A stretch of 64,000 bases of DNA from Macrostomum lignano (taxonomy: Eukaryota). The stretch lies in the NCBI GenBank assembly GCA_002269645.1, contig NIVC01003831.1, positions 10,650 to 74,649 on the forward strand, written 5' to 3'. The position numbers were made by a program, and so were the translations under genes. Shown here one piece after another: positions 37,136 to 53,350 of this stretch. Within the stretch, counting starts at the first letter, position 1, and every line of letters starts with the position of its first letter. The notes beneath the pieces are model-generated. The model ran no database searches, was not told where the DNA came from, and saw only the letters and a program-made list of their open reading frames with translations.

Positions 37136-40100
37136 CTAGCGCGGCACATGCAGCAGTGTAATCTTCACCGACCCGTGATTAACGCCTGCTTTGGTGTTGC
37201 CGCCCGTGATGCCGCTGCAGCCGCTGCCGCCGCAGTAGGAGCCGCCGCCGCCTCCCGCCAAGCCTTCGGCCAGCCCGGCTCCGCCGCCGCTGTAGCCGCC
37301 GCCGCCGCCGCTGGCTCCTTTGTAGCCGCCGCCGCCGCCGCCACCGAAGCCGCCCTTGTAGTCGTGGCCGGACCCGGCCTCACCGCCGACCCAGTTGTTC
37401 GCGAGGCCGCTGCCGCGACCTCCGTCTTCGTCTTTGCGCCGCGTCATGTTGGGCCCGCCGAGCCAGCCAGCGCCGGAGCCGCCGTGGTGCTCACCCGAGG
37501 GCACCGCGTCCGTCTTCGTGAATCCTGGCTGGCCGTTGGAGCCGCCGAAGCCTCTGTAGTTGTGCGAGTCCGGCTGGGAGTTCGTTCCGCTGGTGCCCGC
37601 CTGGCCGTCCGCGCCTGCGGTTGGGGACAGGCTTGAGATTGATGGCGGCATTCATGGATGGGGCACCGATGCCCTCAGTCCTTCAGATTTGGCACCGATG
37701 CCCTCAGTCCCTTCAGATTTGGCGCCGATACCTTCAGCCCCTGAGATTTGGCGCCGATGCCCTCAGTCCCTTCAAATTTGGCCCCGATTTCCCCCCTTCA
37801 GCCTCAGTCCTTCAGATGTAACGACGATGCCTTTAGTTCCTCAGATTTGGCGCCGATGACTGCAGTCTCTCAGATTTGGCCCCGATGATTTCAGTCGCTG
37901 AGATTTGGCGCCGATGCCTTCAGTCCCTGAGATTTGGCGCCGATGCCCTCAGTCCCTTCAAATTTGGTGCCGATGCCCTCAGTCCCTCAGATTTGGCGCC
38001 GATATCCTCAGTCCATTCAGATTTGGCGCTGATACCCTCAGTTTCTTCAAATTTGGCGCCGATGCCCTCAGTCCCTCAGATTTGGCGCCGATGCCTTCAG
38101 TCTCTCAGATTTGGCGCCGATGCCTTCAGTCCCTCAGATTTGGCGCCGATATCCTCAGTCCTTTCAGATTTGGCGCCGATACCCTCAGTCCATTCAGATT
38201 TGGCGCCGATGCCCTCAGTCCCTCAGATTTGGCGCCGATGCCTTCAGTCTCTCAGATTTGGCGCCGATGCCTTCAGTCCCTCAGATTTGGCGCCGATGCC
38301 TTCAGTCTCTCAGATTTGGCGCCGATGCCTTCAGTCCCTCAGATTTGGCGACGATGCCCTCAGTCAATTCAGATTAGGCGCCGATGCCCTCAGTCCATTC
38401 AGATTTGGCGCCGATACCCTCAGTCCTTCAGATTTGGCACCGATGCCTTCAGTCCTTCAGATTTGGCACCGATGCCTTCAGTCCCTTCAGATTTGGCGCC
38501 GATGCCCTCAGTCCCTCAGATTTGGCGCCGATGCCCTCAGTCCCCTCAGCTTTGGCGCCGATGCCCTCAGTCCTTCAGATTTGGCGCCGATGCCCTCAGT
38601 CCCGCAGAACTGGCGCCAGTTCATTTATTCTCCGAACCAGCAGGCCAAGCCTCACAAATCCCCAGTCCCTCGGGGCTAATTAGGCTTACCATCACGGTCT
38701 TTGCTGGCTCCGCCGCCACCTCCGGCAGCCAGCAGCAGGGTGTCGCCGGCCTCCTTGTAGACAAAGCTGCCCCCGCCGCCGCCAGCGCTGGAAGACAACA
38801 CCGATGATGCTAAGTAGCCGCCCCTCTTCCCGACAACAACAGACAGAACTGTGCCGGCCGTCAGTCTAAAATTGCCGCTCATTTTAGCGCCGTTGCCTCC
38901 ACTTCTACCGTTTACTGTGCCGCCATCGGCACCCAGCGCCTCGATGCGGTAGCAGGCGGTGAACGGCAGCTGCACCGTCTGAACCGAACCGGTGCGTACG
39001 GAGCTCGGACCTGAAGCTGAGAAACATCGAAAAAAACATTTAGAAGAAATTTTTCTGTAGATGAAGCTGGGTCATCGACGGAATTGGGTCAAGAATATTA
39101 TCGGGTCATCGACGGAATTGGGTCAAGAATATTATCGGGTCATAGATGGAATCGGGTCATAGATGGAATCGGGTCATAGATGGAATCGGGTCATAGATAG
39201 AATTGGGTCATAGATGGAATCGGGTCATAGATAGAATCGGGTCATAGATAGAATTGGGTCATAGATGGAATTGGGTCAAGAATATTATCGGGTCATAGAT
39301 GGAATTGGGTCAAGAATATTATTGGGTCATAGATGGAATTGGGTCAAGAATATTATCGGGTCATAGATGGAATTGGGTCAAGAATATTATTGGGTCATAG
39401 ATGGAATCGGGTCATAGATGGAATCGGGTCATAGATAGAATCGGGTCATAAATGGAATCAGGTCATAAATTGAAGCCGGTCATAAATAGAGGCGGGTCAT
39501 AAATGGAATCAGGTCATAGATGGAATCGGGTCATAAATTGAAGCGGGTCATAAATAGAGGCGGGTCATAAATAGAATCGGGTCATAAATAGAATCGGGTC
39601 ATAAAAAGAATTGGGTCATAAATAGAGTCAGGTCATAAATAGAGTCAGGTCATAAATAGAGTCGGGTCATAAATAGAATCGGGTCATAGATAGAATCGGG
39701 TCATAAATGGAATCGGGTCATAAATGGAATCGGGTCATAGATAGAATCGGGTCATAAATTGAAGCAGGTCATAAATAGAGGCGGGTCATAAATAGAGGCG
39801 GGTCATAAATAGAATCGGGTCATAAATAGAATCGGGTCATAAATAGATTAGAACCGTGTCATAAATGGAATCGGGTAGTAAATAGAATCGCGGTTCATAG
39901 ATAGAATCGGGTCATAGATGGAATTTGGACATAGATGGAATTTGGTCATAGATAGAATCGGGTCATAAATGGAATCGGGTCATAAATGGAATCGGGTCAT
40001 AAATCGAATCGGGTCATAAATAGAATCGAGTCATAAATAGAGTCGGGTCATAAATAGAATCGGGTCATAAATAGAATCGGGTCATAAATAGAGGCGGGTC

Positions 40101-43100
40101 ATAGATAGAATTGGGTCATAGATAGAATCGGGTCATAAATAGAATCGGGTCATAAATAGAATCGGGTCATAGATAGAATCGGGTCATAAATGGAATCGGG
40201 TCATAAATAGAGTCGGGTCATAAATAGAATCGGGTCATAAATGGAATCGGGTCATAAATGGAATCGGGTCATAAATTGAAGCGGGTCATAAATAGAGGCG
40301 GGTCATAGATAGAATTGGGTCATAGATAGAATCGGGTCATAAATGGAATCGGGTCATAAATAGAGTCGGGTCATAAATAGAATCGGGTCATAAATAGAAT
40401 CGGGTCATAAAAAGAATCGGGTCATAAATAGATTAGAACCGTGTCATAAATGGAATCGGGTAGTAAATAGAATCGCGGTTCATAGATAGAATCGGGTCAT
40501 AGATGGAATTTGGACATAGATGGAATTTGTTCATAGATAGAATCGGGTCATAAATGGAATCGGGTCATAAATGGAATCGGGTCATAAATAGAATCGAGTC
40601 ATAAATACAGTCGGGTCATAAATGGAATCGGGTCATAAATAGAGTCGGGTCATAAATAGAATCGGGTCATAAATGGAATCGGGTCATAAATGGAATCGGG
40701 TCATAAATTGAAGCGGGTCATAAATAGAGGCGGGTCATAGATAGAATTGGGTCATAGATAGAATCGGGTCATAAATGGAATCGGGTCATAAATAGAGTCG
40801 GGTCATAAATAGAATCGGGTCATAAATAGAATCGGGTCATAAATAGAATCGGGTCATAAATAGATTAGAACCGTGTCATAAATGGAATCGGGTAGTAAAT
40901 AGAATCGCGGTTCATAGATAGAATCGGGTCATAGATGGAATTTGGACATAGATGGAATTTGGTCATAGATAGAATCGGGTCATAAATGGAATCGGGTCAT
41001 AAATGGAATCGGGTCATAAATAGAATCGAGTCATAAATACAGTCGGGTCATAAATGGAATCGGGTCATAGATAGAATCGGGTCATAAATAGAATCGGGTC
41101 ATAGATAGAGTCGGGTCATAAATGGAATCGGGTCATAGATAGAATCGGGTCATAAATAGAATCGGGTCATAGATAGAATTTGGTCATAGATAGAATCGGG
41201 TCCTAAATGGAATCGGGTCATAGATAGAATCGGGTCATAAATGGAATCGGGTAGTAAATAGAATCGCGGTTCATAGATAGAATCGGGTCATAGATGGAAT
41301 TTGGACATAGATGGAATTTGGTCATAGATAGAATCGGGTCATAAATGGAATCGGGTCATAAATGGAATCGGGTCATAAATAGAATCGAGTCATAAATACA
41401 GTCGGGTCATAAATGGAATCGGGTCATAAATAGAATCGGGTCATAAATAGAATCGGGTCATAGATAGAGTCGGGTCATAAATGGAATCGGGTCATAGATA
41501 GAATCGGGTCATAAATAGAATCGGGTCATAGATAGAATTTGGTCATAGATAGAATCGGGTCCTAAATGGAATCGGGTCATAGATAGAATCGGGTCATAAA
41601 TGGAATCGGGTAGTAAATAGAATCGGGTCATAGATAGAATCGGATCATAGATGGAATTCGGACATAGATGGAATTTGGTCATAAATGGAATTTGGTCATA
41701 AATGGAATTGGGTCGTAAATAGAATCGGGTCATAGATAGAATTGGGTCATAAATGGAATCGGGTCATAGATAGAATCTGGTCATAGACGGAATTGAGTCA
41801 TAGATGGAATCGGGTCATAGACGGAATTAGGTCATAGACAGAATTGAGGCATAGATGGAATTGGCCATCGGCAGGATTGAGGCAATATGATTGGGGCAAA
41901 CCTTTGAGCCATAGACACGGACACTCTTCCAAGCTACTCACCAGAAAAAGTCTTCTCAAACGGCGGCAGCAGGGCGGCCAGCCGCAGCTCCAAGTCGGCC
42001 AATTTCCACAGCCGATCGGACGGCCCGGCCTCAACGTGCCGCCGCACGCGGCTCGGGTTCGAATTTGGCAGCAATCTGGTCGAGTCGTCGACCAGAAAAA
42101 TCATTCGGCAGAGTTCAGAACCGTTGGCCAGGCTGACAACTGAGCAGCCTCTCTGCATGCAGGCGGTGGCGCACTCGATCTCGGACCGGACTCCGGTCAC
42201 ATTCAGCTCGAAGCTGCTTGTCACATTGTCGATGACCACCGAGTCGGTTAGGGTGAGCTCGGCCTGGTTCACGTTTGAGCCAGCGCTGGCGGCTGGAAAC
42301 AGAATCAGCTTTCGGATTGTCCGATGGCCATTATGGCATCGATGCCCATTAAACTCAATTAATGACCATTAGGATCCATTGCTAACTATTAGGCTCTATC
42401 GGTGCCCATTAGGCTCCATCGATGCCCATTAGGCTCCATCGATGCCCATTAGGCTCCATCGATGATCATTAGGCTCCATCGATGACCAATCGAAGCCATC
42501 GATGACCAATCGAAGCCATTGATGACCAATCGAAGCCATCGATGACCAATCAAAGCCATCGATGCCCATTAGGATCCATCGATGACCATTAGGTTCCATC
42601 GATGACAATTAGGTTCCATCGATGACCATTAGGTTCCATCGATGACCATTAGGTTCCATCGATGACCATTAGGTTCCATCGATGACAATTAGGTTCCATC
42701 GATGACCATTAGGTTCCATCGATGACCATTAGGTTCCATCGATGACCATTAGGTTCCATCGATGACAATTAGGTTCCATCGATGACCATTAGGTTCCATC
42801 GATGACCATTAGGTTCCATCGATGACCATTACGTTCCATCGATGACAATTAGGTTCCATCGATGACCATTAGGTTCCATCGATGACCATTAGGTTCCATC
42901 GATGCCCATTAGGATCCATCGATGACCATTAGGCTCCATGGATGATCAATTGAAGCGTCAGACAAGGCGTCACAAGTGAGCATACTGGCCCTATTGTTGG
43001 CTATTCGGATAATTGGGTTGCTATGCGAAAGTCCGGCCGCTCAGGCCAACTCACCCCACGAGCAGCAGCAGAGCAGCAGCAGCAGCAGCATGCGTGCAGT

Positions 43101-43109
43101 TTCCATCAT
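37136..43109 (-). CDS. Secreted protein, 403 aa: signal peptide, PAN/Apple-like module, ALK/LTK-type glycine-rich domain (exons 43109-43055, 42292-41942, 39016-38690, 37614-37136)
   Basis: All three introns are phase 1, GT-AG. Leader MMETARMLLLLLLCCCSW. Module ECATACMQRGCSVVSLANGSELC. GRD patterns YRIEALGADGG...GGNGAKMSGNFRLTAGTVLSVVVGKRGG...GGGGGSFV...LLLAAGGGGG and GGFGGGGGG...GGGGGYSGGG...GGGGGSY...HGSVKIT. Confidence 0.85.
37660..38605. repeat. 29-30-bp minisatellite, intron 3 of the glycine-rich gene
   Basis: Unit tttggcgccgatgccctcagtccctcaga. Confidence 0.92.
39065..41865. repeat. 17-bp satellite array (~2.8 kb), intron 2 of the glycine-rich gene
   Basis: Unit gggtcataratrgaatc. Confidence 0.95.
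42360..42945. repeat. 20-bp minisatellite, intron 1 of the glycine-rich gene
   Basis: Unit catcgatgaccattaggttc. Confidence 0.92.
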
Positions 43110-43530
43110 TGAAAATTTCTTTGGTAGCATAAAATTAACAAAATACAGTTTTGTGAAGCGACAGCGAAGACGCATCCGTGAGTGGATTTTTGCTTTTTAT
43201 GCAAAATTGTGAGCAGATACCGAGGTACACCCGTTCAGTACGCCCCCGAATGGAGCACTTGACTTAATAAGTTCCTAGAAAGGTTTGCTGCTATGGTAGC
43301 TAATTGATTTCTAGGCAAACTAAAACACTATTGAGTGCCCTGGCTACATCAATTAGAAAGCTTCTGGCATTTCAAATACGGCTAATTCAATTCCATGCAT
43401 GACGGATGAATGTTTGCCATCATTTTAGAGTAACCTGGTAATTTCATTGGCTCGATAGCCCACGCAAAACAGAATGGATCTCTAGTCACTTATCCATATC
43501 TCTCAGACTAGCTTGCTGAAAGATCAAATA

Positions 43531-44841
43531 CGAGGGGTGCTTATTAAGTTCCCGGAAAAGTTCAATTCTGATGATCGCATCTGTGCGAAATTTTACCTGC
43601 AGCAACTGCAGTCTATTATAACTTCTCAACATAATTTCCACCCAAATGGGAGCACTTCTGCAGGCGCTGGAACCATGCATCGAAGCACCCCTGAGATCAG
43701 CTTTGGTGAAGCTGTCCAGCTCAGATTGCAGCGCAACAACCAGCTCCTCCCTCGAGACGAAGCGCTTCCCCTTCAGATTTTTCTTCATCCTGGGACAGAG
43801 GAAGAAGTCAGCAGTCGCCAGGTCCGGCGAATATGCCGGATGCAGCAGCTGGACTAGCTGGGTCGCCTGAAGGAACTCCTGGGTCACTCGTGCCCGGTGC
43901 GCGGGAGCGTTGTCCTGATGGAGGAAGATGCCTTTGTCGAGCGTCTTCGGCCGCTGCTGTGCGAGCACCTGCAGAACCTGAGGCAAGTAGACGGTGCTGT
44001 ACCATTCTGCCGTCACTGTGGCGCCTTGCTGCAGCAGCACTGGCGGCAGGATGCCGCTGCGTCGGAAGAAAATGGCCGCCATCACTTTTCCGACGCTGCG
44101 CTCGCGACGAAATTTGAGAGGAGCATCTTCCTCGTTTGTAACCCACTGCCGACTCTGCTCCTTGGTCTCTGGGTCATAGAATTAGACCCAGGTTTCGTCA
44201 CCAGTGAGGATGTTATCCACCAACTTTGCGCGGCCTCCGTCAAACCTGGCCGCCATGAGGTCGGCGAACTCAACTCGGGCTCGCATCTGGTCAGCGCTGA
44301 GCTGGTGGGGTACCCAGCGAGCGGACAGCTTCCTCATGCCGAGGTGCTGGTGCAGGATCTTAATGATGGTGGAATTCGATACCCCGATGAGCTGCTCCAA
44401 TCAGCAAATCGTCACTCGCCGATCTTCGTCCACGTGGCGTCGAACAGAAGCAACGACTCCGTCGGACACGGCCGAACTCGGCCGCCCCACGCGAGGATCG
44501 CCGTTAAGAGTGGCCGAGCCGCAGCGCGCAAACCACTCATACACCATCGACTGGGATGGCGCTTGATCCCGAAGAGCCTCACACAGCGTCTGGAGGCAGG
44601 CGGCCGCAGACCTGCCCAGCCGAAACTGGACCTGCATCGCCACTCGCCTGTCGCGTTCAGTCAGCTGCGGCAGGGGGGCACGTTTTCAGCCAAACTTTGG
44701 CCACTGCGGCGGATCATTGCGACCGATTGAGCTTGAATTTTACAAGCAAACGTAGAACATCCAACCCTAACTGCTGGTTAGGTTTCATTTGATTGGCGCA
44801 TTTTTAAGCTGCATTTTCCGGGAACTTAAAAGCACCCCTCG
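43531..44841 (-). mobile_element. Mariner (DD34D) DNA transposon, full length, 1311 bp
   Basis: TIRs cgaggggtgctt(a)ttaagttcccggaaaa at 43531-43559 and 44814-44841. TA on both sides. Confidence 0.95.
43600..44700 (-). pseudogene. Inactivated mariner transposase
   Basis: Motifs WVPHQL, GDETW, HQDNAPAH, YSPDLATAD (34 residues between D2 and D3). In-frame stops at 44403-44401 and 44184-44182, plus probable terminal frameshifts. Confidence 0.9.
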
Positions 44842-44909
44842 TAATAATGCATTGGATGGAATGCGGAGGCCGGAGGCTCTTTTTAAATTGCTAACACATT
44901 AAATAAGCA

Positions 44910-44994
<85 letters not shown>

Positions 44995-45003
44995 TGGACA
45001 GAC
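44910..45003. repeat. (GACA)n microsatellite
   Basis: Read directly from the sequence. Confidence 0.95.
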
Positions 45004-45390
45004 GCTGAAATGATTTTTAACGCAAAAGGCCCGTTTGAGTCTTAATACGCATCGCATAAAACAGCAGTGAAAAAGATTAATTTTAAACTCTGTGTATTTT
45101 TGAGTCATTCTCCTTCACAATTTGTATTAGCGTTGTGAAAAATATTGTTCAAAACAAAATACAATCTGAAACTCCGGTCAGGAACAAAGCTACTGACAGA
45201 TTAATCCAGCATCTGGTTTCAATGCTGGCCTGCTGTCAGTGTAAGAATAATCGATTAAAGATGCCAGCAGTGAGACAGCAGAGCAAAAGGATAAACTGCT
45301 AGGACTACAGGGTCACAGCAGTGTCTAGCTAATTCCATGTCTAGCGGTGAAAGCGCAGATAAGCGGGGTCTAGAAACGGGATTAAGGCAC

Positions 45391-45391
<1 letters not shown>

Positions 45392-45455
<64 letters not shown>
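45392..45455. repeat. (CT)n microsatellite
   Basis: Read directly from the sequence. Confidence 0.95.
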
Positions 45456-45654
45456 TGTCAGATTATTAAAGCTTTACATTTAAACAAAAAAGGCAGCGCC
45501 TTAGAAAGCAGATTTCATAGTCATTAAATTTTGTGTTAAACAAACATGAAGCTCAAAGCGCTTTTGATTTATGATATGATTTGATTTATGATTTCTGATA
45601 TGAAATGAAAAGGAAGTTCAGCATGACGATAAATTAGACATTAGAAAGATTAAA

Positions 45655-46020
45655 TAGCGAGAGATTAAATAGCGATTGACAAAGATTGATAGTGTCTGAT
45701 AGAGACTGATAGAGATCGATAGAGACTGATTGTTAGAGATCTATAGAGACTGATAGAGACTGATAGAGACTGATAGAGTCTGATAGAGACTGATAGAGAT
45801 TGATAGAGACTGATGGAGACTGATGGAGACTGATAGCGACTGATAGAGATTGATAGAGACTGATGGAGACTGAAAGAGTCTGATAGAGACTGATAGAGAC
45901 TGATAGAGTCTGATAGAGACTGATAGAGTCTGATAGAGTCTGATAGAGACTGATAGAGTCTGATAGAGACTGATAGAGTCTGATAGAGTCTGATAGAGAC
46001 TGATAGAGTCTGACAGAGAC
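45655..46020. repeat. 10-bp minisatellite
   Basis: Unit ctgatagagw. Confidence 0.9.
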
Positions 46021-46660
46021 CGTCAAAAATGATATTATAGTAGCAGTGAAAAACTCAGTGAGAAAACGGTGTGTGATGACGTAATGAGTAAAATCACAAT
46101 TTAAGCATCGCAGAGCGGGACGGCAAAGCGCAGGGTGGGTGAAGGAGCTCATTCCTCACGCCCGTGACACCAGTTGGCTGGTGGCAGCAAGTGATTTACA
46201 ACAAATACTCGTCATTGGAGACTGCGGCTGAGATGGCCGGCAGAAATAAAAATACGCGCAGCTCAATAACCCAACGGTTGTCCAGTTTCGGGAGTTTTTT
46301 AAATTCAATTTTTTGCATGCGAAATTGTGCAGAATCCCTCTTCCAGCAAAAACTTTCTAAGAAAACAAAATCGATCCAATTTCTGTCTTCGATTACTGGG
46401 TGTCCTTTTTAATCCGAATGAATGCACAATTTCAATTCGTCACGTGGTTGGAAACTTTCTACCCCTGAAGCAAATTTAATTTCGATACATATCGGTTCCA
46501 AAACACAAGAAAAGCAATTTTATCGACACATATCGGCGCTGATCGATGCCGCTTAGAGGGAAGGGAGGCGCCAGAAGCCACACTTAAAGTTTCATTTAAG
46601 CTCCTTAGCGACAACGCAAAGTTTATTTTCGAAACATATCGGCTGACCAGCACATTGGCG

Positions 46661-50142
<3,482 letters not shown>

Positions 50143-51747
50143 CTGGCCATGCAAGCGAGTGCATTGACATGTGTTGGTTGGAAATGAGTTCATTAAAAAA
50201 CTACACCATAATAAAGTACTAATGAGGTTTTAGAATGTTATAAAATAAATAAGGAAAAAGCTTTCTTACAATCTTAGCTAGGCTAAAATAAATAATAAAT
50301 GACATATCTGTATCTATCTCCTAACACACTATATGAAATTACAGACTGTTGGTATTATAATGGGCCATGCAGAAATTTTATGCCTCTTATTCGCATAATA
50401 ACTTTCGAGATTTTCAAAATCATATAATTTTCACTAGTTGAAAAACACAAATATAGTATGAAAAGCTAAAAGCCATTATGTCTCAATCATTTGTGGAATT
50501 TATTTTTTGTTTACCCATCCAAATAAAATTTAATAACTAAATTTTAAACTGAATTTATCTTATAACTAAGCTACTACTGCGATAGTCAGTCTCACTACAG
50601 CTATGGTATTAAGTTGTCTTATAGATCAAATATTTTGTATCTATTACATTTTTTGAAACGTGAATACGAGCTAAAAAAGACCAATCACTTGTCATAATTG
50701 TTTAGAACTTTAAATACTATTCATTTTGAATTAAAAAATTTGACAGTTTAAAAAAGTAAAGTAATTTTGCAGTATTTCATATAGTAAAGTGAACTGTTTC
50801 TATAAATTCTAACACACAATTTAGGTAATTGGTATGTGTCCTAGCTAGATACGAGTGCTCCTACAATATTCTTTATCTATATCGTACATAGATTTTAGTA
50901 CATAGGAAGCAAGATAGGGCAGACGGGAAGATATTGCAAGATTTTATTTAGCAGTTCTAGATTAACAGATACGAGCTAGAATTTATATCTAAGAAGAATC
51001 AGGTAAAGTTTTAAAGGATCATATATTATTTTCACAAATGGTATGCTGCGAAAATGTATGTTGGCAACCAAAATTAAACTGCCGCTAAGCGCAATTCAAG
51101 TCTGAAATGCTATAATCAGTTAAAATGCAGAAGTTATTTCGTTTTTTTCTTTTTGATGTCGAGAAACAAAAAAGTTTTCATTGATTCCAGCTTTCATGAA
51201 GTAAAAATTTGTTTTACCTTTGATAACTTCAAATTCCTTTTGACGGATTTTTACCTGGTGTTTCATTGTACGGTTTGCGTTTGGAGTACATCGATTCTGA
51301 ATGCAGTTTTTAGTCTTAATATTCGATTGATTTCGATTGAATGGCGGTTGGGGAAGAAAATTAAAATTATTTTTCTGCTCTAATAATAAGCTTAATTGGA
51401 ACTTAAGTTAGCTTTTAATTTTAACGATCCTTTATTTACTACATGGTCTTCTGATCTTTTCCGATAGAAGTCCTGATCCAAGCTCTTAGTTGTATTTTGC
51501 TAATTAGTTTTTTTGAAAGTTTCAGCACAAATAAAAAATAATATATTGACTAGCAGATTTCCTTCATCTATTAATTACTCCATATAAATCGTTTGAACAT
51601 GCATGGTCTAATTCGACCTAAGCGCGTGACAATATTATTAAAATTTTAACGTTTGATTAATTGCCACCTTCTATTCAATAAAATTCAATTCAATGCGCGC
51701 TGTCAATTGCTAATGCGATGCAATTAATGCGATGCATGATTGTCGAT

Positions 51748-53350
51748 GGTGCCCATACTCGCATTGGAATATAAGCACTGGTAGTAATATGTAGCTGTAT
51801 TAGCTTTAATTATAATATTTGCACTTAGAACTATAGCTTAGAAGGTTAAATAACTCACAAAACTCGACAATTATTATAATTATATACACGCACCTTATAA
51901 ATCTTTTACGATAGATAATTTTCGCTTCAAAGAGAATAATATTTGTTTGCATAGCACTTTGCGTTTAATGTTAGATAAGTAAAAAACTTCACGATTGCTT
52001 AAAACATGTTCATTAGTAAAATGGCCCTTATTAAAGGCCCCTTGTCACGACACAAATAGAACTTAAGTCAGCTGCACTCGTAAATGTAAGTGTTTACAAG
52101 TGTTTACAAGTGTTTACATGTAATCGTTTTGTCCGAGGTTGATGCTCGAGTTGATCGAAATAATTTAAAAAGCCTTACTATAGACGACCATGCAGCAAAA
52201 TCCATATTATACAATATACTATCTATAAATACTATTGTCTACTACCCCTATCTGATTACATACAGCAGGTACAGCTGGCCTGTTTGATAATCCATGCAAA
52301 TTTGCATGTGATGATTCCGCAGATGAGTTATTTCTATGGTTTGTCTAAATATATGTCTCAACTTAGAAACCTGGCTAATCGAGAGCTGCGTTATAACAAT
52401 CACATAGACTAATTCTCCCACTCAGATTATTATGAACCTCATCGCGCGATTGATAAAAACAATAGCTTAAAATCTATTTTTGAAACGTAAAGCGCAGACT
52501 CCCTAATTGATATTTGTATTTGAAATTCGAGTAAATTCTCACGCAGATAAACAATACGGTACCTTGAGCCCCCTGCACGCTTTTGAGGTAAGTCTTTGCA
52601 GATCTAATCTGTTGTAATTATTATTCTTGGTCATTTCTTTTCTCTCCTCTCTTCCCCCGTGCCCTGCAGTTAGCTAAGAAACCCCGCTTATCAAAACGGA
52701 ATTGTCTAAATCAAAACGCCTTGGAAGTTTTCTGCTTTCAAATTTTCTGTAGAAGTTCCAACTAAAAGTCCGTCGCTCTACCGTGATTGATAACTGAAAC
52801 GCGCACAAACAAGACTGAAGTGACGTTTCGTTGGTTTGTTAGCATGGGTAACTGTGTTCGGTTTGTTGCTTAGCTTTATTCAATTAGACTTTATTCTGCT
52901 AACTTAGTCACTTAACTTCATTCAATTCCAAACTTCTATGTACTCTGTAAACCAATGCGTACTCTGCGCAATTCAGTGTACATCATTGCGCTAGCCTTGC
53001 CTCGCCTTAAGTCTCTCCACTTACTCAGCCATGTAATGCACCAGTTCAATATTCACAATATTCAAGTGTTTCGTCAAGCAACTTAGACTACTCTACTACT
53101 GCAAATATATCGCAAGAATTTATACTCGCTTAAACAACATTCGATTCCTGACTTTCGCGTCACGCAATGGCGTCGCAAGCAGGCGAAATTAGGAGTCAAG
53201 AACTCAACCTCAACGATCCTGAACTCGCTGAGGCATGGATGCAGCAGCTCTCCGCCACGGCCCGCATTAAGAAACTTACGGACACGGACAAAGTGCGGGA
53301 TAAAACTGACTTGTTCCTGTCCAAGGTTGGACTACAGGCGATCCGGACGC
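51748..53350 (+). repeat. Segmental duplication, copy 1 (copy 2 is 62387-64000+), offset ~10.63 kb
   Basis: About 1 kb of collinear AT-rich flank, the same aacaagac|TGAAGTGACG junction, the LTR and the gag start. Confidence 0.9.
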
